A stretch of DNA of 17,245 nt from Calditrichia bacterium (GTDB taxonomy: Bacteria; Calditrichota; Calditrichia; RBG-13-44-9): assembly GCA_037381445.1 (NCBI GenBank), contig JARRQT010000033.1, positions 1 to 17,245 of the forward strand. Reading direction: 5' to 3'. A program made the position numbers and the translations under genes. The notes under the pieces were generated by a model. That model was not told where the DNA came from and searched no databases. It saw nothing but the letters and a program-made list of their open reading frames with translations. Every line of letters starts with the position of its first letter. Position 1 is the first letter of the stretch. Below are positions 10,007 through 17,245 of the stretch, one piece after another.

Positions 10007-12082
10007 TTATGCCCCCAGATCTTTGACCGCCTTCTCGGCGGCCTGGATAAGCGGTTGGGCCGACACCTTCTGGCCCACGGCCTTCTGCATCCAAATCTGC
10101 GGGCTCAGTCTTCCCAGTTTGCACATGCGCTCCATCTCCGTGGCGAGCTGATGGGTTTTCAGGTATTGTTCAATCTGAAATGAAATGATGTGCCCCAGGG
10201 GATAGTCCGGCGTGTACATGGCGCCATCCACAATGTGAGAATAAATGGAAAGCAGATCCTGGTCTCTGGAGCCCAGCACCGGAGCATAATACTGATTCCA
10301 CACCTTTTTGGTAATATCGAGCATTGCCTGATGAAGCTGCTTGACATTTGCCTCCGGATGAGCATACATCCACCGCCAGAGATACATATCGGTGAGCGCG
10401 ACGCCGGAGATTTCATAGGCCGCCCATAAATCGTTAACTGCTCTCAGATCATCGGTATTTTCCGATTTGCCGTCAATGCCCAGGACAGCCAAATCCCTGG
10501 ACTGAAAAACGAAGGCGAAGGCCTCCGTAAAGGCGGTATTCGGCACCCCGTTCAGTGTGTAGTAATCCATTTCATTTAAAGAAAAAACCTGCTCCACATT
10601 ATGGCCCATTTCATGAATGGCAATGTTGAATCCTTTATATTTCATGCCGCCTTCCGGAATTCTGGTCCTGAGGTGCGCTTTATCCGAGCTCATCTCCGCC
10701 CCTGATGCATGTCCCGCACCGCGGGAAGGATCGACCTGAATGTGGGCAGCCAGAAAATCGGCTTTTTCGGGGGAGAAACCCAAACTCTGCAAAATATTAG
10801 GAACATCATTCTGAAAAGCTTCCACGGTGGGATAGCGCTTTCCGACGATCTCGTCCAGCTTTGCTTCGTTATAGCCAGTTTTAGGCTTGAAGCCGTTATA
10901 CCAAATATCAAACGGCTGCAGCGGTCTGCCCAGCCGCTTTTGGATCAGTGCCGCGATATCTTTCAGCACCGGTGCGGTTACCACCTGCTTCAGCAAATTT
11001 TCCACATTGGCTTCGGACATCTCACGGTCCAGTTTGAAACGGCGGTCGACCAGCGAGGGCGCCTGCGGATAGTACGGATCGACCGACTGTTCTGCCCTGA
11101 ATATTTTCAGGATGTGCGAATAGCGGGTGTCCGGCTCGGATTTTGTTTGTATGGGCTCTTGAGAGCCGGATGGGTATACCTTGTTGGTAAACGGATTCCA
11201 GTCGTATTGATCATTGTTTATGACGACCTGCGGGATTTCCTGATTAATGATGCGTTCCATGACCTGCCGGATCATCTGCTGGCGGGCAAAGCCGTCAGGA
11301 TTGGCGTATTGTGCTTTTAATTCGTCTCGCAAGCCCCAGTGGCTGATAAGCTTTAATCCCTCCGGGAACAGGCGCTTTCCTTTTTCATCCAGCAGATGAT
11401 GCATGAAAATGTTGTAATTATTGATGTAATCATCGGCGGCCACATAAGCTTCTGACCGTTTCTGTTCAATCTCTGCGGGAACCCTGCTTGAAAACTCTTC
11501 CGCCAGTCGTGTCCCGGCCCACTGCTTCCGCGACCAATTCATCCCTTCCTCATTTTTCTGCCGGAGGCTCTGCAGGGGGAAGTTCAGCAGGGCGGCGAAA
11601 GCAAGTTTTGTCTGAAACATGTCGTCGTTCACATGAGAGTAGGGATTGTAGTTTGCGAAGAGATAATCGACCGGATAAACGGGACCGCTGACCACCTGCA
11701 GCGCCCAGTCAAAATCCCGCGATATGCGGTGCAGATTCCCGAAAAGTGATTCCAGATTTTTCTGATAGCGTGAAAAGAGGGCGTTCAATTCAACCGAGTC
11801 TTTGACAAAATGTGTAAGGCAAAATTCCTGATAATCTTCTTCTGATCCGTCTGATGGCTGCCAGCGAGCTGCTGTTTGGGCAACACCCATTTCAATGCGT
11901 GGCCTTGCATCTTCTCCGAATTTTTTGACAAGTACTTGCACAAGATTATTTTGCACTTCCGAACTAATTCCCATTTTCTGATTCCCTCCTGCGTTAGACA
12001 GTGAAAGATTCAAAAACATAGAAGTGATAGCAAGAGTGAATACGACAAACCAGGCAGGACTGAAGAGGATTTTTCTGTTCAT
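10007..12082 (-). CDS. Secreted zinc metallopeptidase-like protein (gluzincin, M3/M2/M32-like)
   Basis: Sec-type signal peptide. IHEMGHNVE followed about 25 aa later by NTAFTEAFA (third ligand Glu). C-terminal YSHI..Y..YPLG. AGGAGA RBS. Confidence 0.75.
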   Translation of the reverse strand: MNRKILFSPAWFVVFTLAITSMFLNLSLSNAGGNQKMGISSEVQNNLVQVLVKKFGEDARPRIEMGVAQTAARWQPSDGSEEDYQEFCLTHFVKDSVELNALFSRYQKNLESLFGNLHRISRDFDWALQVVSGPVYPVDYLFANYNPYSHVNDDMFQTKLAFAALLNFPLQSLRQKNEEGMNWSRKQWAGTRLAEEFSSRVPAEIEQKRSEAYVAADDYINNYNIFMHHLLDEKGKRLFPEGLKLISHWGLRDELKAQYANPDGFARQQMIRQVMERIINQEIPQVVINNDQYDWNPFTNKVYPSGSQEPIQTKSEPDTRYSHILKIFRAEQSVDPYYPQAPSLVDRRFKLDREMSEANVENLLKQVVTAPVLKDIAALIQKRLGRPLQPFDIWYNGFKPKTGYNEAKLDEIVGKRYPTVEAFQNDVPNILQSLGFSPEKADFLAAHIQVDPSRGAGHASGAEMSSDKAHLRTRIPEGGMKYKGFNIAIHEMGHNVEQVFSLNEMDYYTLNGVPNTAFTEAFAFVFQSRDLAVLGIDGKSENTDDLRAVNDLWAAYEISGVALTDMYLWRWMYAHPEANVKQLHQAMLDITKKVWNQYYAPVLGSRDQDLLSIYSHIVDGAMYTPDYPLGHIISFQIEQYLKTHQLATEMERMCKLGRLSPQIWMQKAVGQKVSAQPLIQAAEKAVKDLGA

Positions 12083-12487
12083 GAAACGATTTCTCCTTAC
12101 AAGTTAATGGTTGGAAAGATAAATAAAGAATGAATGATGATGCAATAACTCTTTTTATTACAATAAGCTGGGCGTATTGTTTGTTTCCGGAACCATTTTT
12201 TAGGAGGCATTGCCGACTGTTGAATTGTCAAATAGCAGATTGTGAAATCCGGATAGGCTCTGGTTTTCGCCAAATCAAGGAATCTGATACATCGGCCGCC
12301 AAAATCCTGAGAACTATATCCGGGATAGGGAGTTATATTACTCTGACTAATCCTGAACGAGAAAATGACGAGATCAAAGATAGCTCAATTATTCCGGCAT
12401 GTTTACAGAAAATCATTCGGAACAGGACGGCGAGATATCGTGTTGCTGAAAGAAATTTTATCATAAATCCGCAAATTTATTTTATGC

Positions 12488-12516
12488 TTGATAATTTTAT
12501 CATTTGATTGTATTAT
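12488..12516 (+). promoter_or_regulatory. Sigma70 promoter of the heme operon
   Basis: TTGATA (12488-12493), 17-bp spacer, TATTAT (12511-12516); both hexamers 5/6 to consensus; 33 nt before ATG 12550. Confidence 0.65.
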
Positions 12517-12519
12517 CTG

Positions 12520-12533
12520 ACTGACTGGTCAGT
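12520..12533. promoter_or_regulatory. Palindromic operator, TetR-type
   Basis: ACTGAC-TG-GTCAGT perfect inverted repeat starting 3 bp downstream of the -10 hexamer, covering the predicted +1. Confidence 0.6.
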
Positions 12534-12549
12534 TTATGAAAGGGTTCCA

Positions 12550-13374
12550 ATGGAATTTGTCATCAGTTTTTTAAATACCATACTTCCCGTCCTATATTTT
12601 GTTACCACGTATCTCTATGGGATGTATTTTTTCCGGGATGATCCCTTCGCGGAAAAATACATGTCGCCAATGTTAAAGGTCACAGTCTCAATTCACCTTA
12701 TCGAGATTGTCTTACGCGGGATTTATTTCAGTCATTATCCGCTGGCTTCCATCGCGGAGGCATTTTCCGTCATTGCACTGGCGGCGGTGAGCATCTACAT
12801 CTACCTGGAGTTCAGGCTGAAAGTTAAAACCACGGGATATTTTATTCTGGTATTTGTCTTTTTTATGCAGCTTTTTTCTTCCGCTTTTATCAGTTTTACC
12901 CATGACATTCCGGATATCCTGCACAATCCTTTGTTCTCTTTTCACTCCAGCGCCGCGGTATTGGGGTACTCCGGTTTTGCCATCTCCTTTTTATACAGTC
13001 TTATGTATCTTCTTCTTTTTCATGATATCAAAACGCGGCGTTTTGGCGTCATCTACAGCCGTCTGCCTTCGCTGGAAGTGCTTTCCGGTCTGAATTACAA
13101 TTCGGCACTGATCGGTTTTTCCTGTCTCTCGCTGGCCATCGTGATCGGCACATTCTGGTCGCATAAAATCTTTGGATCACTGGTGAATCTGGACCCCAAG
13201 ATTCTGGTTGCCTATGCCACCTGGATTATTTACGGCCTGGAATTGTTCGGAGGAAAAATTTTCCAGTGGAGCAATAAACGGCTCGCTTATCTGTCCGTGA
13301 GCGGATTTGTTTTTATTCTTTTTTCCATGGTTGCAGTCAATTTGTTCTTAACGTCGTTTCATGAATTCAAATAA
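12550..13374 (+). CDS. CcsA/HemX-like heme-handling membrane protein (cytochrome c assembly family)
   Basis: About 8 hydrophobic segments; HYPLAS..EA, FHSSAAVLGY, RLPSLEVL, W..DPKI, C-terminal TSFH. First gene before hemA. ATG 12550 preferred over TTG 12508, which falls inside the promoter. Confidence 0.85.
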   Translation: MEFVISFLNTILPVLYFVTTYLYGMYFFRDDPFAEKYMSPMLKVTVSIHLIEIVLRGIYFSHYPLASIAEAFSVIALAAVSIYIYLEFRLKVKTTGYFILVFVFFMQLFSSAFISFTHDIPDILHNPLFSFHSSAAVLGYSGFAISFLYSLMYLLLFHDIKTRRFGVIYSRLPSLEVLSGLNYNSALIGFSCLSLAIVIGTFWSHKIFGSLVNLDPKILVAYATWIIYGLELFGGKIFQWSNKRLAYLSVSGFVFILFSMVAVNLFLTSFHEFK

Positions 13375-13387
13375 ATAACCGGACTTT

Positions 13388-14656
13388 ATGGAAATCATTC
13401 TTTTAGGCACAAATCATAGAACAGCAGAGGTTAAGTTCCGCGAGCAGTTGGCTTTGAGCTCGGATGATGTTCCCTCGGCGCTTGAGGAAATCAAAAAAAT
13501 CCCCGGCATTCAGGAAGGCATTATCGTCTCCACCTGCAACCGGACGGAAGTTTATACGGTGGCATCGGAACCGGGAAAAATAGTTTCATCTATCGAGAAT
13601 ATGTTCGCACGAATATCCGGCATTGAACCCGAAGAGAGCCGCCGGTACTTCTACAACGCACGGGGGCAGGAGGCGATTCATCACCTGTTCCGGGTAACCT
13701 CCGGGCTCGACTCGATGATTCTGGGCGAGCCGCAGATTCTGGGGCAGGTGAAAGATGCTTACCGTATCGCCAATGAAAACAATTTTACCGGCATTATGTT
13801 AAACCGCCTGCTGAACCATTCCTTTACAGTGGGGAAAAGAGTTCGCAGCGAAACCGCCCTGGGAGCCGGAGCGGTCAGTGTGGCCTACGCCGCGGTTGAA
13901 CTGGCCCAGAAAATATTCAGGGATCTGTCCCGGCGGAGCGTATTGCTTATCGGGGCGGGCGAAACCGGTGAACTGACAGCGCGCCACCTGCGGGAAAAGG
14001 GGATCGGCAGACTCTTCATCGCCAACCGCACCCATCAGAAAGCAGAAAATCTGGCAGCCGATTTACAGGGGAAGGCGATTGAATTTTCGCAAATGCGGGA
14101 AATTTTTCATGATGTGGATATTATTGTTGGCGCCGCTTCCGCCCCAGATTACCTGGTATCGCTGGCAGATATCGAGAAGGCGATCTCGAAGCGGGGAGCC
14201 CGTCCGCTGTTCATGATCGATATTGGCGTACCGCGTGATTTTGATCCGCAAATCAACAAACTGGAATCGGTTTTTCTGCATGATATCGATGCCCTTCAGC
14301 AGATTGTCGATCTCAATCTGGAAAAGCGCCGGCTGGAAATCCCCAAGGCCGAAGCCATCATTTCGGAGGAAATCAGGAATTTCCTGGAATGGAAAGAAGG
14401 ATTGCGGATTGCGCCGACGATCGTTTCACTGCGGCAGAAACTGGAAGATATCCGGCAGGCGGAGTTGAAAAAGAACCGAAATAAGCTCAGTGAATCGGAA
14501 TTTGAAAAAGCGGACCTGATTTCGCGGGCTATTCTGAATAAAATATTGCATATGCCCACGGTACAGTTGAAGAAGTTCGGGAACGGGCATCCCGAGGGCC
14601 TTTTGCGTTTGGACGTGGTGCGGGAAATTTTTGGATTGGAGGAAGATGATGAGTAA
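13388..14656 (+). CDS. hemA: Glutamyl-tRNA reductase
   Basis: GTNHRTA, STCNRTEVY, GLDSMILGEPQILGQVK, IGAGETG, IANRT, DIGVPRD. Confidence 0.98.
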   Translation: MEIILLGTNHRTAEVKFREQLALSSDDVPSALEEIKKIPGIQEGIIVSTCNRTEVYTVASEPGKIVSSIENMFARISGIEPEESRRYFYNARGQEAIHHLFRVTSGLDSMILGEPQILGQVKDAYRIANENNFTGIMLNRLLNHSFTVGKRVRSETALGAGAVSVAYAAVELAQKIFRDLSRRSVLLIGAGETGELTARHLREKGIGRLFIANRTHQKAENLAADLQGKAIEFSQMREIFHDVDIIVGAASAPDYLVSLADIEKAISKRGARPLFMIDIGVPRDFDPQINKLESVFLHDIDALQQIVDLNLEKRRLEIPKAEAIISEEIRNFLEWKEGLRIAPTIVSLRQKLEDIRQAELKKNRNKLSESEFEKADLISRAILNKILHMPTVQLKKFGNGHPEGLLRLDVVREIFGLEEDDE

Positions 14657-15581
14657 AGTGGTTCGCCTGGGGACCCGGGGAAGCGAACTGGCCCTGTGGC
14701 AGACGGAATGGGTGAAGCGGAGGCTGCAGGAAAAAAATCCTCAGATTAAATTTGAAATTGAAATCATTAAAACAACCGGCGATAAAATTCTGGATTCGCC
14801 CCTTTCCAAAATCGGGGACAAGGGGCTTTTTACCAAGGAGCTGGATATCTCATTACTGGAAGACCGCACCGACCTGGCTGTCCACAGCATGAAGGACGTG
14901 CCGACGGAATTCCATCCCGACCTCACTATTGGTGCAGTCACAGAGCGTTGGGACGTGCGGGATGTTTTAATCTCCCGCAACGGCAAAGGGCTGGATGAAT
15001 TGCCGCAGGGCGCAGTAATTGCCACGGGCAGCCTGCGCAGGCGGGCCCAACTGATGCATTACCGCCCTGATCTTCGCATCATTGATATCCGGGGCAATCT
15101 GAATACCCGTTTCCGCAAATTCGATGAAGCGAATTGGGATGCCATGATTCTGGCGGCTGCCGGTGTGGAACGGCTGAAATTCGATTCACGCATCACCCAG
15201 AAAATCCCGGTTAATATCATGTTTCCCGCAGTTGGGCAGGGCTGCTTTGCCGTGCTGGCCAAAAAGGAGAATAAGGCGATACTGGACATGCTGCAGACCA
15301 TTCATCGGCCTGCGGTGGCGTCCTCTGTTCTGGCGGAAAGGGCTTTTCTCCGCACGCTGGAAGGCGGCTGTCAGGTGCCTTTGGGAGCTCTGGGAGAAAT
15401 TCGGGATGGGAAAATATACCTGCAGGGTTGCGTGGCCAGTCTGGACGGAAAGAAATATTTTCGGGACGCGGTTGTCTTTCCTACGGACGAACCCGGGGCG
15501 GCGGGAAAGGAACTTGCCGGGAAACTGATTAAGATGGGTGCCGGGGAAATTCTGGAGGAAATCCGGAAAGCGTCCGAGTGA
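14646..15581 (+). CDS. hemC: Hydroxymethylbilane synthase (porphobilinogen deaminase)
   Basis: LGTRGSELALWQ, KGLFTKE, AVHSMKDVP, TGSLRRRAQ, RGNLNTR, LEGGCQVP. ATG 14646 or 14649 overlaps the hemA end. Confidence 0.98.
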   Translation: MMSKVVRLGTRGSELALWQTEWVKRRLQEKNPQIKFEIEIIKTTGDKILDSPLSKIGDKGLFTKELDISLLEDRTDLAVHSMKDVPTEFHPDLTIGAVTERWDVRDVLISRNGKGLDELPQGAVIATGSLRRRAQLMHYRPDLRIIDIRGNLNTRFRKFDEANWDAMILAAAGVERLKFDSRITQKIPVNIMFPAVGQGCFAVLAKKENKAILDMLQTIHRPAVASSVLAERAFLRTLEGGCQVPLGALGEIRDGKIYLQGCVASLDGKKYFRDAVVFPTDEPGAAGKELAGKLIKMGAGEILEEIRKASE

Positions 15582-15588
15582 TCAAAAA

Positions 15589-15602
15589 AACAAATATTTG
15601 TT
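15589..15602. promoter_or_regulatory. Perfect 14-bp palindrome upstream of the TetR gene
   Basis: AACAAATATTTGTT in the 43-bp AT-rich hemC-tetR spacer. Confidence 0.3.
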
Positions 15603-15624
15603 AAATGAAAATTTAAAAATAAAA

Positions 15625-16293
15625 ATGCGGAAACCTGACGAAAAATTAAAGGCACAGCGGCGGGAGCAGCTGATAGCCGTCGCCTCCGAACTCTTTGCCA
15701 TGAAAAACTATCACGAGGTTTTGATGGATGAAGTGGCGGTGCGGGCCGGAATCGCCAAGGGGACCGTGTACAACTATTTTCCAACCAAGGAGGATCTTTA
15801 CAAGTCCATCATTACCGAAAGGCTGGAATCACTCCTTCGCCTGCTGCAGGACAGGATTGATAACCGCCATACGCCTTTGACCAATATCCGCCGGATTGTG
15901 GTCCATATGTACAGCTTCATGGCCAAATATTCTCATTTTTTTCAGATCTGGTACAAGGAAAAGCTGAATTGCAGCAGAAGTCCGCACGAACATTTCCACA
16001 AACTTTACCAGGAGATAAAAAACCTGATGATTATTGCGCTGGAACGGGGTATTAAAGAAGACATCCTGCGGCCCCATGCCGCGCCTTTTGTTGCGGATAT
16101 CGCCATTGGCATTATCGATTCCGCTGTTTTGAGAAGTGAGAATTTGACCGCAGAAGAGCGCAAACTGGAGCGTGTGCGGGTTTACGAGTTCATTCTCGAT
16201 GCACTGGGGACCGATCTGGCGCACCAGCTGCACCGGGATGGTCAGGACGAACCGCAAAAGGAGGAGGGATCGGTCATTGTCGCTGAAAAATAA
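15625..16293 (+). CDS. TetR/AcrR-family transcriptional regulator
   Basis: N-terminal HTH REQLIAVASELF..MDEVAVRAGIAKGTVYNYFPTKEDL; TetR C-domain pattern LERGIKEDILR. ATG 15625. Confidence 0.93.
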   Translation: MRKPDEKLKAQRREQLIAVASELFAMKNYHEVLMDEVAVRAGIAKGTVYNYFPTKEDLYKSIITERLESLLRLLQDRIDNRHTPLTNIRRIVVHMYSFMAKYSHFFQIWYKEKLNCSRSPHEHFHKLYQEIKNLMIIALERGIKEDILRPHAAPFVADIAIGIIDSAVLRSENLTAEERKLERVRVYEFILDALGTDLAHQLHRDGQDEPQKEEGSVIVAEK

Positions 16294-17158
16294 GAAAATC
16301 GTACTGTGCCGCCGGCCGGAGCAGGCCCGGGAAATGGTGCTGGCGTTGCAGCAAGCCAAAGCCTGGCCCCTGGTATTCTCAACCTTCACCCTTGAACCGG
16401 TTGGATTGTCGGGAGAAGAACAATCTGCGATGGATAATCTGGCTGCTTTTGACTGGCTGTTTTTGGGAAGCGAAAACGGCGTGCAGTTTTTTGCCCATTT
16501 TCTTAACGTATTGGGAATCCCGGCGGTGAGCCTGCGAAACCTCAAAATAGGCGTGGTGGGCGGCAAAACGGCAAAGCGCTGGCAGAAGGAGTTCCCCGCT
16601 TTTCCGATCCAGCAGCGGGCGGACAATCTGCAGCAACTGATTGACGAGGTCGTCCGGCTGGAAAAAGGAAGAAAACTGACCATCCTCAATCCCACCAGCC
16701 GGCAGTCACTGCAGAATATACAAGTGAAGATTCCCGGGAGCGTGACACTGCAGCGGATTCCCCTTTATCAAACCGTGAAAAACAGTGTGCTCGATCCTGC
16801 CGAACTGGAATTTGTGCGTTCGAGGGCCTATGATGCCATTTATTTCGGCGCTCCTTCCGCCTTTGATTTCTTTGTTGAACTGGCGGGCATGGAGCCGCTC
16901 AGAAAGGGAGCCGCCATTTGCGTGGCCGGCAAGACCACGGCCGGACATATCGAGAAGGCAGGTCTGGCTGTGGATATCATCCCTGAAAAGCCTGATGCGG
17001 AAAGTGTCGTTCGGGCCCTGGAATCTTATTTTAACGGCGGACCCGATTTTAAAAGCGTGAAAGGCAATCGGTTTATGATAGATATAAAAAATACCCAAAT
17101 GATAAATGATTTGTTCATCAAGGCCTGCTTCCGGAATAACCAGGATATCGCTGAATAA
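16277..17158 (+). CDS. hemD: Uroporphyrinogen-III synthase; ORF runs on in frame into the HemE N-terminus and ends in inverted sequence
   Basis: TTG 16277 with GGAGGAGG RBS overlapping the tetR end. [56 protein letters not shown]. HemD domain ends near 17032; the stop at 17158 lies beyond the inversion junction. Confidence 0.85.
   Translation: MSLKNKKIVLCRRPEQAREMVLALQQAKAWPLVFSTFTLEPVGLSGEEQSAMDNLAAFDWLFLGSENGVQFFAHFLNVLGIPAVSLRNLKIGVVGGKTAKRWQKEFPAFPIQQRADNLQQLIDEVVRLEKGRKLTILNPTSRQSLQNIQVKIPGSVTLQRIPLYQTVKNSVLDPAELEFVRSRAYDAIYFGAPSAFDFFVELAGMEPLRKGAAICVAGKTTAGHIEKAGLAVDIIPEKPDAESVVRALESYFNGGPDFKSVKGNRFMIDIKNTQMINDLFIKACFRNNQDIAE
17099..17134 (+). pseudogene. hemE: N-terminal fragment of uroporphyrinogen decarboxylase, truncated at the inversion junction
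   Basis: [12 protein letters not shown] resembles the HemE start (NDxFxxAC) that normally precedes the PVWxMRQAGR motif; expected operon position; short match. Confidence 0.7.
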
Positions 17159-17245
17159 AATCGCAGCGTCAACTCCCAGAATGTCTACCGGCTGCAGGGT
17201 CACCTCCGCCGCCGCTTCCGGCGTTTTATACATGGTGATAAAATC
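17126..17245 (-). pseudogene. hemE: Inverted internal fragment of uroporphyrinogen decarboxylase (runs off the window edge)
   Basis: - strand translation [40 protein letters not shown] contains the HemE motifs EVTLQP and [10 protein letters not shown]; similarity stops abruptly after IPEA. Confidence 0.9.

Noticed and set aside
10709..11320. 203-aa + strand ORF and other nested alternative-frame ORFs in the track
   Set aside because: Fully overlap well-supported genes and lack recognisable features.
12130..12507. 125-aa + strand ORF in the divergent intergenic region
   Set aside because: No recognisable motif or clear RBS, and it overlaps the predicted heme-operon promoter; probably spurious, though a small orphan gene cannot be excluded.
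15538..15624. N-terminal extensions in the ORF track (tetR from 15538, hemD from 16172, ccsA-like from 12508, kdsB from 40)
   Set aside because: They overlap upstream genes or promoters; downstream starts fit family N-termini and, for hemD, a strong RBS.
15829..16695. 288-aa - strand ORF
   Set aside because: Antisense shadow of tetR and hemD with no motif.
16706..17233. 175-aa - strand ORF as a complete gene
   Set aside because: Only the first 36 aa are HemE-like; the rest is the antisense of hemD read through the inversion junction.

Overview
Chromosomal housekeeping window from a Gram-negative (LPS-making) bacterium. The long OstA-type LptA, lipoprotein-type LptC and gene order are compatible with an FCB-group lineage such as Calditrichota/KSB1; this is inference only. 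It has three blocks. (1) A + strand Kdo/LPS-transport cluster: kdsB-pyrG-[124-aa CxxC/CxxC protein]-kdsA-kdsC-kdsD-lptC-lptA-lptB. (2) Two - strand genes: a PPi-dependent phosphofructokinase and a secreted HExxH gluzincin-like peptidase, each followed by a terminator. (3) A + strand heme operon: ccsA/hemX-like-hemA-hemC-tetR-hemD-hemE'. Three points stand out. A TetR regulator sits inside the heme operon, and a palindromic TetR-type operator lies on the predicted transcription start of the operon's sigma70 promoter. hemD reads in frame, without a stop, into the HemE N-terminus. hemE is broken at the right edge by an inversion junction with a 9-bp shared sequence, which is either an intragenic inversion or an amplification/assembly chimera. 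No rRNA, tRNA, CRISPR array or mobile element was recognised.
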